The notes under the pieces were generated by a model, which ran no database searches, was not told where the DNA came from, and saw nothing but the letters and a program-made list of their open reading frames with translations. Position numbers and translations under genes: made by a program. A DNA stretch of 63,430 nucleotides, the filler included. It is 8 parts of 8 records of this genome, joined end to end, with 100 filler letters (N's around TTAATTAATTAA, not from the genome) between each part and the next. Parts side by side here need not be neighbours in the genome. Positions count along the whole stretch, not along the records: positions 16,621 to 25,776 come from DRR723986_40198; positions 25,877 to 33,077 come from DRR723986_40202; 6 more parts are not named here. The stretch is one strand, 5' to 3'. Every line of letters begins with the position of its first letter. Positions within the stretch are counted from its first letter, which is position 1. This document shows, one piece after another, positions 20,974 through 31,287 of this stretch.

Positions 20974-22083
20974 ATGTCTAAAAAAAGAAAATTACATTAC
21001 AAGGACACCGATTTCATGCGATTTATTGCATTCGTGCCTATTTTTCTATATTGCGCATTATTCTTATTGAATGTTGAGGAAGGAATAATTGCTGATGCCA
21101 CAATCATACTCGAATCTTTAAAAGCAAACTCTTTTGATTTTTTCTTTTTCTTATCTGCATTTTTATTGGGATCACATGCCTTGAGAGAATTCAAATACAA
21201 CAAAAAATTCCAATTACGGAATTTTTACATAAGAAGAATTCTAAAAATATTTCCTGTACTAATTCCAGCGCTAATTTTCGGATTTTTGATTCATCCTTGG
21301 ATTATAAACGTTCTGAAATTAACTGAAGTTACCATACCAAAAATGACGAGTCATTTCATAATGTTCCCTCGAGATTACAGCTACTTTTCTCAGGAACAAT
21401 TCATTTATTTTGCCGTGCTTTGGTCAATTATCATGTTCTTAATTTATTACCTATTTATCGGAGTGATATTTAAATTTTTTAAAGATTATTTAAAAATAAT
21501 CTCATATGGACTCATCATAGTCGGGTTGGGCACAAGAGCCTTCTACTTTTTATCTGAAAGCACCTTCGAATTTAACCTTTTATCATTTGGAGTACCTGTT
21601 GGTTTTGGCTTAATTATGGCAGAAATTGTAAGAAACAGCAATCGAATTTCGGACATCTTTAAAGATCTCAATAAAAGAAACCATGCCGCTATTTATTTAG
21701 TAGGAATTCCAGCTATACTCCTGGGTTATTTTTTTACCAAAAACACAGTGTTTTCACTTGTCGTCCCGCTAATTACTTGTGCCTTTTATGGGTATGCAAT
21801 TCTTGAACAGACTTATTCAAAAGATTCAATATTAAAATTTAGAAAACTTAAAATATTATCAAAACTCGGCAGGATATCCTACGGACTTATTGTTTATCAG
21901 TCAATTGTTTTAGTGATTACTTTAATTTCATTCGAATCATTAGAGTTAGACGTCTCAAGCCTTTTCTTGAAGGTATTGTTTTTTGTAATAGGACTGATTC
22001 TAACTTATCTGGTTGCTAATTTTTCTTATCGAGTTATAGAAAAAGCTGCACTTACAATTAGACGAGAGTTTAAGAACTCTTAG
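20974..22083 (+). CDS. Acyltransferase-3 family membrane protein (divergent)
   Basis: D.MRFIA, FFFLSAFLL, FYIRRILKIFP, LGRISYGL motifs. Confidence 0.8.
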   Translation: MSKKRKLHYKDTDFMRFIAFVPIFLYCALFLLNVEEGIIADATIILESLKANSFDFFFFLSAFLLGSHALREFKYNKKFQLRNFYIRRILKIFPVLIPALIFGFLIHPWIINVLKLTEVTIPKMTSHFIMFPRDYSYFSQEQFIYFAVLWSIIMFLIYYLFIGVIFKFFKDYLKIISYGLIIVGLGTRAFYFLSESTFEFNLLSFGVPVGFGLIMAEIVRNSNRISDIFKDLNKRNHAAIYLVGIPAILLGYFFTKNTVFSLVVPLITCAFYGYAILEQTYSKDSILKFRKLKILSKLGRISYGLIVYQSIVLVITLISFESLELDVSSLFLKVLFFVIGLILTYLVANFSYRVIEKAALTIRREFKNS

Positions 22084-23992
22084 ATTTCAATGATTCAAGT
22101 TCTTCAGCAGATTCTTCCCACACAAGCATTTCTTGATCAAGTTTTTCTTTAATCTTATTTAATTCGTTCACCAAATTGGTATAACTTTCGTTTTCTTGGT
22201 AACCTAGTTCTTCGAGCTCTTTTGTTTTCAAGGCCAATTCAGTTTCACAAGTTTCAATTTCGCGCTCAGCTTTTTTGATTCTATTTTCCAGTTTTTTGAT
22301 TCTAGATTTCTCTTCTTTTGAAGCCTGATAATCTGACTTAGGTTTTTCTTTAATTTTTGGTTTATCATTCTCGGCAACAATATCCATTTCATTGAAACGC
22401 TCCAAAAATTCATTCACTCCGAAATAATGTGTTTTTACATTATCCGGATGAATTTCCCAAATTTTATTACTTAAACCGTCTAGGAAATCACGATCGTGCG
22501 ACACTAACAACAACGTGCCTTCATAGTTTTTCAAGGCATCTTTCAATATCTCCTTTGATTGGATATCCAAGTGATTGGTAGGCTCATCCATGATCAATAA
22601 ATTGAAATCCTCAAATAACAATTTACATATTGCTAATCTTGTTCGCTCTCCACCAGATAAGACTTTCACATATTTATCCGCATCCTCCCCACTGAATAAA
22701 AACGCTCCTAAAATTGCTCGTATATCCTTTCTTTTTTCTCCTTTGGCTATTGCGTCAATGGTATCGAAAACTGTGGCGTTACCATCTAGTTTTTCAGCTG
22801 AATCTTGAGCAAAATACCCAATTGAAACATTATGGCCGAATTCAATATTCCCTTCAAAAGGAATATCCCCAGTAACGCATTTAATCAAGGTGGATTTTCC
22901 AACACCGTTTGGTCCTAGCAAGGCTATTTTTTCACCTCTTGAAAGCAATACCTCTAATCCACTAAAAATTTGTTTATCCCCGTATGTTTTAGATAAATTT
23001 TGGATATCCAGCACCCTTTTTCCTGAAGGATTATCTAGCGTAAATTTCACATTAAAGCCTGATCGCTCAATTGTATCAATTTCAATACGCTCAACTTTGT
23101 CTAACTTTTTTATTAAACTTTGGGCGAACGCAGCTTTATTGGCTTTCGCACGATACTTATTGATCAGATCTTCGGTTCGCTTAATCTCTTTTTCTTGATT
23201 CTTTTTGGCAGCCATTGCACGCTCCATTTCTTCAGCGTGAAGCACCAAATACTTGGAATAGTTGCATTTATAATCGTACAATCTTTGATTGGCGATTTCA
23301 ACCGTTCGATTCGTCACATTATCTAAAAATCGTTTGTCGTGAGAGATCAAAACCAATCCTCCCTTAAAATTCTTTAGATAATTCTCTAACCATTGAATAG
23401 AAACAATATCTAGGTGATTCGTAGGCTCATCAATTAGCAACACGTCTGGATTATTTACCAGAAGCTTTGCCAACTCTATTCTCATCTGCCAACCTCCACT
23501 AAAACTTCCTATCAAATTATCGAACTCATTCAATTTAAATCCCAAGCCTTTTAAAACTTGTTCAATTTTTTCAGCAATTGAATGGGCATCCAAAATTGTT
23601 AAACGCTCATTTAGTTCAGTGACTTCTTGAATCAATTCTGAATACGCTTCAGATTCGTAATCGGTTCTCGTGGTTAATTCGTTATTGACAAAATCTAATC
23701 TCTTTTGGATACTTGTGACTTCAACGTTTGATTGCTCAATATACGCTCTGGCAGAAATGTCTTTTCGAATTTCAATATCTTGCGTTAAATAACCAATTGA
23801 AACACCTTTTTCTACGACAACAGTTCCTTCGGTTGGTGTGATTTGTTTTGAAATCAATCCCAAAAGGGTCGATTTTCCGACACCATTTTTACCCGTCAAA
23901 CCAATTTTGTCTCCACGATCAATGAAAAGAGAAATGCTCTTATAAAGAAACCCTTGAGGAAGATGATATGATAAATTACCTATTCTAACCAT
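22070..23992 (-). CDS. ABC-F family ATP-binding protein
   Basis: Two ABC cassettes (GKNGVGKST/FSGGW/DEPTNHLD and GPNGVGKST/LSGGE), C-terminal coiled coil, no TM domain. Confidence 0.95.
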   Translation of the reverse strand: MVRIGNLSYHLPQGFLYKSISLFIDRGDKIGLTGKNGVGKSTLLGLISKQITPTEGTVVVEKGVSIGYLTQDIEIRKDISARAYIEQSNVEVTSIQKRLDFVNNELTTRTDYESEAYSELIQEVTELNERLTILDAHSIAEKIEQVLKGLGFKLNEFDNLIGSFSGGWQMRIELAKLLVNNPDVLLIDEPTNHLDIVSIQWLENYLKNFKGGLVLISHDKRFLDNVTNRTVEIANQRLYDYKCNYSKYLVLHAEEMERAMAAKKNQEKEIKRTEDLINKYRAKANKAAFAQSLIKKLDKVERIEIDTIERSGFNVKFTLDNPSGKRVLDIQNLSKTYGDKQIFSGLEVLLSRGEKIALLGPNGVGKSTLIKCVTGDIPFEGNIEFGHNVSIGYFAQDSAEKLDGNATVFDTIDAIAKGEKRKDIRAILGAFLFSGEDADKYVKVLSGGERTRLAICKLLFEDFNLLIMDEPTNHLDIQSKEILKDALKNYEGTLLLVSHDRDFLDGLSNKIWEIHPDNVKTHYFGVNEFLERFNEMDIVAENDKPKIKEKPKSDYQASKEEKSRIKKLENRIKKAEREIETCETELALKTKELEELGYQENESYTNLVNELNKIKEKLDQEMLVWEESAEELESLKSKSS

Positions 23993-24068
23993 ACTTTGCG
24001 GCCACAAAGGTACTAAGTAAAAAAGAAACTCCCGATTAACTTTCGTATGAATCGGGAGTCATGTTTAA

Positions 24069-25775
24069 TTAAGGTCTTACTTTTATTGTGAATCCGGTTT
24101 TTTTTGTTGTTCGAGATTGATCTTGATAATTGACAATCATAGTTACCGTTTTGCCTCTAGATTGACGTAAACGCTTCGTGCACTCTGCGTCTAGATTTCC
24201 GCCTGATAAAATATTCCCTTTTCCTGTAATGCCGCTCACCTCCAGCGTGCCTCCTAAAATGGTAAACTTACTATCTAGATTGACACCTTGCGGGAATTTC
24301 ACATCTACTTTTCTTAGAGAAGTTATCCAATTATAGGCAACTTCATCACCAGAAGTTACATTTCCAATTTTGACTTGAGCATCTGGTAAAGGCACACATT
24401 TGTAGGTATACGAACCGACTGATACTGTTGACCCATCAGGATTTTGACCTTTAACCGTAATAGATGCATTTCTTGTTCCTCTACTTACTTCTGCTATGTA
24501 CTTGTCTCCTTTTTTTACAATTCTGCATCCCGAACCAGACATAGAAACGTTTTCAGGAGGAAAACCGGATGCCGTGGCCTCAACCACATTGTCGTAACCG
24601 ATATACAGCACTCGCATGTCAGGCTGTGCAACAACGCCCATTGGTTGACCAACGGTATAATCGAATTCCCAATTTTTCCATTTTATTTCGCCTCTTTCAC
24701 GCACACCAATTGCGCCCTTTACTTTGTGAGTTCCAGGTTCTGCTCCGCTCAAGTTAATACCACCTGATACTTCTTGCCATTTCTCTGGTAAGGTGTCAGC
24801 ATCCATTCCCCAACGAATCATAGACACTTGGTTTGAATCGTATGCAGCAATTTGAACATTCAATGGTAACGAATCTCCCTGATTGATGTAAGCAGACCCT
24901 GCCAAGGTCATAGGTTCGATTTTATTAAAGTTAAATATGGGTGCCTTAATTTTATCCACGATATACTCAGCTACCATTGTTTCGGCATTTTGTACGTCAA
25001 GGCGCAACGAAGTGAACATGGCAGCAGCAGCAACTATTGGTGCATGATCGAAGGTTACTGATGCCCAAGGAAGCATGTCGGCTTCGCCATGAGCATGTAA
25101 TTTCTCAGGAATTGTTAATGTTCTATAGAATTGCGCAATCGCAGAACTGTCCTCCTCGTTACAAGTTGTTAAAGCCTCACTTAATCCTTCAATTGAACTT
25201 GGTGCCGTGAAAGAAAAATTCTTAGTTCCAGTAGAATAGGTCCCCATTAATTCACAGACAACATCTCTATACGTATGGATTTTAGTAATGATTTGTTGAC
25301 CTCTTTCATTTGGGTTTTCTGGATTTCCTCCCACAAACATATTGGTTGGAATATCATAATTATCCATTCCTTGAATACCATCAAGAGGTTTTAACTTTAC
25401 AATATTATCGTTTTCATCTCTTTCCTCAACCCAATCAACACCCTCGGACATGGCGATCATATCATTGCTTTCACCGAGTAAAAAATCAATTAATGAACTG
25501 GTCTCAGTTTTTAATTGTTGCGATTTACTTTCCCAAATTTTAAACTCTTCTAAGCTGCCACCAACGGCCACAATACCCGCTCGTTTTTTATCTATTTCGC
25601 CATAGGCCTCCAGTGTTTTGTTTTGAATAACACTTGCGCTATTTTCTAATTTATTATTAATCGTAATAAACGCGGATACAATTTGTTTGGAAACATTGAG
25701 CGCTAATAAAGCGGTCAGCACCAAATACATCATTCCGATCATTTTTTGTCTTGGGGTTTCTTTTCCTCCTGCCAT
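24069..25775 (-). CDS. gldM: GldM/PorM-family protein
   Basis: MAGGKETPRQKMIGMMYLVLTALLALNVS N-terminus, DNYDIPT, MRVLYIGYDN. Confidence 0.85.
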   Translation of the reverse strand: MAGGKETPRQKMIGMMYLVLTALLALNVSKQIVSAFITINNKLENSASVIQNKTLEAYGEIDKKRAGIVAVGGSLEEFKIWESKSQQLKTETSSLIDFLLGESNDMIAMSEGVDWVEERDENDNIVKLKPLDGIQGMDNYDIPTNMFVGGNPENPNERGQQIITKIHTYRDVVCELMGTYSTGTKNFSFTAPSSIEGLSEALTTCNEEDSSAIAQFYRTLTIPEKLHAHGEADMLPWASVTFDHAPIVAAAAMFTSLRLDVQNAETMVAEYIVDKIKAPIFNFNKIEPMTLAGSAYINQGDSLPLNVQIAAYDSNQVSMIRWGMDADTLPEKWQEVSGGINLSGAEPGTHKVKGAIGVRERGEIKWKNWEFDYTVGQPMGVVAQPDMRVLYIGYDNVVEATASGFPPENVSMSGSGCRIVKKGDKYIAEVSRGTRNASITVKGQNPDGSTVSVGSYTYKCVPLPDAQVKIGNVTSGDEVAYNWITSLRKVDVKFPQGVNLDSKFTILGGTLEVSGITGKGNILSGGNLDAECTKRLRQSRGKTVTMIVNYQDQSRTTKKTGFTIKVRP

Positions 25776-25876
25776 GNNNNNNNNNNNNNNNNNNNNNNNN
25801 NNNNNNNNNNNNNNNNNNNNTTAATTAATTAANNNNNNNNNNNNNNNNNNNNNNNNNNNNNNNNNNNNNNNNNNNN

Positions 25877-26381
25877 TCGTAATTACGAAAGGATGTTTTT
25901 CATCTCGTTCAACTTCAAAATAGGCTTGTCCTTCATTAAGGTTTAAGGATCTGTTTTCTTCAAAATTTGAAGCATATTCTAAACTAGAATTTGATGCCAA
26001 CCACACGGTAGTGCCATCTGGCAACTTCACTTCTTTTGCCTGAGCAGTATTATTTGTAACCTCAATCATACCTGCTCCGCTAAACATCCACATAAAACCA
26101 AGACCAACAACCAAAACCGCGCAAGCAGCTGCGGCCCATTTAACAACCGTCTGCAGTTGAAAAACTTTCGTTTGTTCTGATTTGAAATTGCCCTCAATTT
26201 TTGACCATGCTTTATCCTCATCATAATTATGCGAGCTGAATTCTGGCACAACATTCCATGCCTCAGAAAGCAATTTGTACTCGTCTGCGTTAGCGACTTT
26301 CCAATCAGCAATCTTCAACTCTTCTTCTGGAGATGCTTCTCCTGAAAAGTGCTTGGCTAATATGTCATTTATATCCTTCAT
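25877..26381 (-). CDS. FecR-family anti-sigma factor, 3'-truncated
   Basis: N-terminal helical domain, one TM, LPDGTTVWL..NS, GQAYFEV..D..HPF. Confidence 0.9.
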
Positions 26382-26391
26382 TCTATCATAA

Positions 26392-26420
26392 GTCGGTCTT
26401 CATTCTATATCCCCCTATTC
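26392..26420 (-). promoter_or_regulatory. Putative ECF-sigma promoter of fecR (GAATAGGGG-N16-CGAC)
   Basis: Same motif and spacing as at 27044-27072. Confidence 0.6.
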
Positions 26421-26945
26421 CATCCACAGAAAAAATAGTAAAATGAGTAAATCTTTATAATCTTTAAGTTTTTCTCTTAACATCTTAAATGCTCGCCCCA
26501 TCTGGTTTTCAACCGTTTTGGGTGAGATGCCTAATTGGTCCGCAATTTCTTTATAACTCATCCCTTCTAGCTTAGAAAGTCTGAAAACTTCTTGCGTTTT
26601 TTCAGGTAATTGACCAATAGACAGGTTGATTAAATCCTTCAAAGCAGGATTTTCTTGATTATCCTCTTCATCAAATTGTGATTGTTCATGAATAGCCGCA
26701 GCTTCGTATTTTCTTTTTACTACTTGTTTTCTGTGAAAATCAATGCATTTGAATTTTACCGATCTGATTAAGTAATTTTCAAACTGAGCAGAAATATCAT
26801 CCTTATCTTCCTTATTCCAGAAATCAACAAATACTCCTTGAACAATGTCTTCAGCATCTTCATGACTTTTAACAATAGCAAAAGCATAATTACACATTGA
26901 ATTGTAATGCGTTTTAAACAGTATATGATATTCTTCTTTTGTCAT
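26415..26945 (-). CDS. ECF RNA polymerase sigma-70 factor
   Basis: DAEDIVQ..F…W region 2 and GMSYKEIADQLGISPKTVENQM region 4. Confidence 0.93.
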   Translation of the reverse strand: MTKEEYHILFKTHYNSMCNYAFAIVKSHEDAEDIVQGVFVDFWNKEDKDDISAQFENYLIRSVKFKCIDFHRKQVVKRKYEAAAIHEQSQFDEEDNQENPALKDLINLSIGQLPEKTQEVFRLSKLEGMSYKEIADQLGISPKTVENQMGRAFKMLREKLKDYKDLLILLFFLWME

Positions 26946-27043
26946 TGGCAGCTGCACCTCAAAGCTATAAATATATTTTTTATTCGTTTTTGAAAAACAT
27001 CTGCTATGCAGATGAAATCTCAAATCAAACTTTTCTTTTCTAT

Positions 27044-27072
27044 GAATAGGGGTGTTTTGTTTTCAAAACGAC
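27044..27072 (+). promoter_or_regulatory. Putative ECF-sigma promoter of the LVIVD operon (GAATAGGGG-N16-CGAC)
   Basis: Matches the motif upstream of fecR. Confidence 0.6.
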
Positions 27073-27104
27073 ATTAGGATGAAATCAAACTAAAAAAATT
27101 ATTT

Positions 27105-27623
27105 ATGAAAAAAACGATCATGATATTGACGGTTCTGATTGGCGCAGTGGCTCTTAGCTCTTGCAAAAAGAAAGAAGACAATAGCAAGGTAGAAGGCTGG
27201 AAGCCGATCTACTCTACAACTCAAAATAGTGAAGTTGAAACTAAAGCAAGTCAGCCCTTACAAAATCCAGGAAGGATTTATGTGTATGAAAACCTATTGT
27301 TGGTCAACGAAAAAGCGAAAGGAATTCATATTTATGACAATTCGAATACCAATTCCCCGGTTGAATTATCATTTATTTCGATTCCTGGAAATCTAGATTT
27401 TTCAGTTAATGACGGAAAACTTTACGCGGATAATATCAACGATATGGTGATTGTGGATATCTCAAATCCAACAGCTCCAAATTATGTGAACCGCATTGAG
27501 GATATATTCCCAACACAACAATTTCCGGATGAATTTGGAGCGTTTGAATGTGTTGACCCTTCAAAAGGTCAAGTTGTAGGATGGGAAAAAGCAATGCTTG
27601 TCAATCCTAAATGTTTTAGATAA
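27105..27623 (+). CDS. LVIVD-repeat lipoprotein
   Basis: Lipobox LSSC, GIHIYDNS, IPGN.D, LYADN..DMVIVDISNP. Confidence 0.8.
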   Translation: MKKTIMILTVLIGAVALSSCKKKEDNSKVEGWKPIYSTTQNSEVETKASQPLQNPGRIYVYENLLLVNEKAKGIHIYDNSNTNSPVELSFISIPGNLDFSVNDGKLYADNINDMVIVDISNPTAPNYVNRIEDIFPTQQFPDEFGAFECVDPSKGQVVGWEKAMLVNPKCFR

Positions 27624-27641
27624 TCCTTAAAAAAATTAACA

Positions 27642-28439
27642 ATGAAAAATTTAAAAAACATATTGGCTGTTGCGTGCATTTCTGCCGCAATTATTAGCTG
27701 TGAAAAAGAAGAAGTTACTCCGGTAGAGGATTCTTCTACACCTGTTGCAACTACCAAGAATGCACAAGCCGGACCTGGAATTGGTGGGTCTTTGGCTCAA
27801 TTCACAATCGTTGAAGGGTACTTGTACACGATAGACTATAAAACTCTAAATATTTTCAGTTTGTCAAATCCTGATATGCCCTCGTTGAGCGAAAAAATCG
27901 ACATGGGTGTAGGAATGGAAACTGTTTTTCACCAAGATGGATACCTATACATAGGTGCAAATGACGGCGTTCATATTTATGACATTTCTAATCCTAGATC
28001 TCCAATGGAAGTTTCTGATTACGAGCATGTCACAAGTTGTGATCCTGTTGTTGCAAATGGTGATATTGCCGTTGCTACTTTAAGAGGTGGAACAGAATGC
28101 GGAGGAAACTTGAGTCAGTTGGATGTTATTGACATCAGCAATATTTATTCGCCTGAATTAGTTGGTGAGGTAGAATTATCAAACCCTTATGGTTTAGGAT
28201 TTTCATCTTCTAACGCTAACATTGTTTATGTATGTGACGGTTATGATGGATTGAAAGCTTACGATATTTCAAACATTACAGATCCTCAATTAATTATGAC
28301 TATGAGTAATTTAGAAGCTTTAGACATTATTTCTACTGCCGATAATAACTTGATTGTATTGACAACAACTGGAGTTCACCAGTTTGATGCAACAAATCCT
28401 ACTCAACTGGTTGAAAAATCAGTTATACAAATTCAATAA
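27642..28439 (+). CDS. LVIVD-repeat lipoprotein
   Basis: Lipobox IISC, GIGGSLAQF, repeated YDISNP/IDISN units, SCDPVV. Confidence 0.82.
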   Translation: MKNLKNILAVACISAAIISCEKEEVTPVEDSSTPVATTKNAQAGPGIGGSLAQFTIVEGYLYTIDYKTLNIFSLSNPDMPSLSEKIDMGVGMETVFHQDGYLYIGANDGVHIYDISNPRSPMEVSDYEHVTSCDPVVANGDIAVATLRGGTECGGNLSQLDVIDISNIYSPELVGEVELSNPYGLGFSSSNANIVYVCDGYDGLKAYDISNITDPQLIMTMSNLEALDIISTADNNLIVLTTTGVHQFDATNPTQLVEKSVIQIQ

Positions 28440-28446
28440 TCACACA

Positions 28447-29184
28447 ATGAAAAAAGCAATCTTAATTTTATTCATGTGCGCTGGAATTGTTTACGCACAG
28501 GATAGCACAAAAAATGTTGTAGAAGAAGAAAAATTTGAATACAACGCATTTAAAGAAAAAGTTTACTTCTGGCAATTAGAAAAGAATTGGAAAGTGACTC
28601 CTCTTGAGGTGGTATCAGCTGTACCGACATTTGGTATTGATTTAGAAACTACCATGAAAGAGCGCATGAGTTTTCAATATGGAGCTGCAGTTATTCCTTC
28701 TTTTTTTCAGCCTGCTGTTGGAGACAATCCGAATCAATTTGATAGAATGAATGGTTACAAATTACGCTTTGAAGGAAGAATTTATCCATTCAAAAAGGAG
28801 ACGCGTTATTTTTCAAGCGAATTGTCATTCCGTCATTTAATTATAAGAGATGAGATGGCTGTTGGACAGGAACCTGATATGAATGGAAACTTTGCTTACT
28901 TCACTACCGAGGATGTTAGAGCACACAGATTTTCTACTCAATTGAACTTAAAAATGGGGATTCAAAAAGTTTACGAAAACCGTTTTGTACTTGATTTCTA
29001 TTGGGGATTGAGTTTGAGAAACAATTCTGTAGCCGGCTTAAACACATTGGCTGATGATGCTGAAGTTCAAGGCGACTGGAACAGTATGGGTTGGGTGATC
29101 GAAAGAGGTCATGTCAGAAACTACGCCGTTCCAATGGTAGGAATTAAATTAGGATTCCATACTCCTGCCAAGAAGAATTTATAA
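28447..29184 (+). CDS. Hypothetical exported protein, possibly outer-membrane beta-barrel
   Basis: Signal peptide and alternating beta-strand pattern (VLDFYWGLSLR, GIKLGF). Confidence 0.6.
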   Translation: MKKAILILFMCAGIVYAQDSTKNVVEEEKFEYNAFKEKVYFWQLEKNWKVTPLEVVSAVPTFGIDLETTMKERMSFQYGAAVIPSFFQPAVGDNPNQFDRMNGYKLRFEGRIYPFKKETRYFSSELSFRHLIIRDEMAVGQEPDMNGNFAYFTTEDVRAHRFSTQLNLKMGIQKVYENRFVLDFYWGLSLRNNSVAGLNTLADDAEVQGDWNSMGWVIERGHVRNYAVPMVGIKLGFHTPAKKNL

Positions 29185-29373
29185 GAAAATTAAGATTGCT
29201 TTTAGGAAAGGCGAACCGGTTTAGGCTGGTTCGTCTTTTTTAGTTTAATACGCTAGCGTTTTAGTGCCGCAGCAGGTTTGACAAAAGGACAAAGGATAAT
29301 AATCTCGCAGCGAGTACTGTGAATAAGGAGATAAAAAAAGCCTTGATGAAATCATCAAGGCTTAAGATCTTTT

Positions 29374-31152
29374 TTACATATCCCTTAAAATATGAACATC
29401 CATATTCAAAGTATGTGGCATGGATGAGGCATCATAATAGGTTCCGACCATGGTTAAATCTAAATAGCTCCCTACTTGAGGGTAATTAACCATATTTACA
29501 GCTACTGTTGGTGCAATTGTAAAATCCACATTTGGAGCTGCATTGGTGAAAAAAGAAAATCCTGTCATTGATTGAACATCCTGAACTAAGCTATATGCTC
29601 CAGGAGTAATAGTTGACCCAGTAATATAAATGTAATCTCCGGTAGGCGTATCTCCATCAATATTGATAAAAAATTGTCCTGTGGTATCCGTTTGATAACA
29701 ATCCATTGAGACAATAAAATTATTAGTATTTCCATCTACTGTTAAGGTGATGTACTCAGCAGACGGTGTACAGGCCATTATCGTTCCAATATTTGCATTA
29801 TTACCGATTACAGGTACATTCGAAATTTGACCTTGTGTTAAAGTGGCATAATCAGTAACTACAACATCAATAGATGCTGGAAGAACACAATTTAATAGAA
29901 TAACATTTACTGTTCCATTTGAGATGGGGTAGAAATACGAATTTGAACCTATTATCACCTCAATAACTCCATTGGTAATTGGGTTAGATTGACAATCGTT
30001 CACCGTACCTGTTACAACTAAAGAATTTGTAGTTTGACTTGCAACTAAAACTTCCGTATTCATAGTGTTTGCAGAATAAGGACCAACTGTTTGAGTCATC
30101 AATTGATTTCCACATTCATCAGTTACTTCAAAAGTGATTGTTTGATTAGCCGGAACATAAGTACAAAATGAACCATCAGACCCTGTTGTACCAGTTGTCG
30201 TTGCATTGGCTGTTATTATTGTCACTTGTGCGTTAGGAAAAGTATTGCCGGCAGCATCTTCAACTGAACCACAAACTTGTGCATCAACAGTAAAAGCATC
30301 ACAATTCCAAAAAGAAAAATGATCAACTACGCCGACATATTCACCATTTTCCAATGTTGCCTCACCTTCTTCAACCCAATAACCCACTGCCGCGTCAAAA
30401 TACCATAATGGAATAGTCGCTGGTGCATTTGCTAGTTGACTTGCATCTACAGGAACATGAATAGTCGCATCTGAGCCTGCAGCAATTTGCAGTTTTTGCC
30501 CAGAGTTACCAAACAATTCAACCGCAATCATACCGTACGTTTCTAAAGCACCAGATTCTCCATTTGAGTTTTGAGCATAGAGCATTCCAGGCATTTGAGA
30601 TCCAGTATTAGGATCAGATCCTGGTAAAAATTTCATTGCTACTTCAACTTGACCCGAATAAAGATTTCCAACTGCATCTACATACTGACCCTTTAAATCA
30701 ACTGCTGCTCCGTTTGTTGATACAGTAACATTTTTATTGGAGCTAATAATTCCCACAACTTCTAATTCAAGCATGGTAATTTTAATTGCATTGGTTGAGC
30801 TTTGACTTGGAATTAGAGATCTTGAACCAGAAAAATATCCCGTTTTCTCAGCTTGTACATAGGCCAATTCTTCATCCACACTGGCACCAAATATTGAAAA
30901 AATACCGTTTGCATCTGTTGTTTCTGTTTTATCACCAATGGTTACGGTAACATCAGAAAGAGCTTGACCATTTTCATCTCTTATTTCTCCGTGAAAATCT
31001 GCTGTCACTTTACTTCCTAAATTAAGTGATCCGGATGCCGCTTCATTTACGGCCTCAGTTGGCATGTCATCTTCGGGTTTCTCTTTTTTACATGAAGTCA
31101 ATACAACTGTAAAGCCTATCAGCAAGGCAAAAATTAGCTTGAAGTTTTTCAT
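29374..31152 (-). CDS. Lipoprotein with carboxypeptidase-regulatory-like beta domains
   Basis: Lipobox LTSC, TTDANG.F, IPLWYFD…G.W.EEG, HFSFWNCD. Confidence 0.78.
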   Translation of the reverse strand: MKNFKLIFALLIGFTVVLTSCKKEKPEDDMPTEAVNEAASGSLNLGSKVTADFHGEIRDENGQALSDVTVTIGDKTETTDANGIFSIFGASVDEELAYVQAEKTGYFSGSRSLIPSQSSTNAIKITMLELEVVGIISSNKNVTVSTNGAAVDLKGQYVDAVGNLYSGQVEVAMKFLPGSDPNTGSQMPGMLYAQNSNGESGALETYGMIAVELFGNSGQKLQIAAGSDATIHVPVDASQLANAPATIPLWYFDAAVGYWVEEGEATLENGEYVGVVDHFSFWNCDAFTVDAQVCGSVEDAAGNTFPNAQVTIITANATTTGTTGSDGSFCTYVPANQTITFEVTDECGNQLMTQTVGPYSANTMNTEVLVASQTTNSLVVTGTVNDCQSNPITNGVIEVIIGSNSYFYPISNGTVNVILLNCVLPASIDVVVTDYATLTQGQISNVPVIGNNANIGTIMACTPSAEYITLTVDGNTNNFIVSMDCYQTDTTGQFFINIDGDTPTGDYIYITGSTITPGAYSLVQDVQSMTGFSFFTNAAPNVDFTIAPTVAVNMVNYPQVGSYLDLTMVGTYYDASSMPHTLNMDVHILRDM

Positions 31153-31287
31153 TCTGTTAGTTTTGGTACTTAGGTAGTTATAATACGGCACTCTAGCTTA
31201 AAAGGTTAGGTGTGCTCTGATAGTGATCTATTCCCATTCTATAAAATCCAATTCAAGATTTCATCCGTAAATAAATAAAACACAGAC

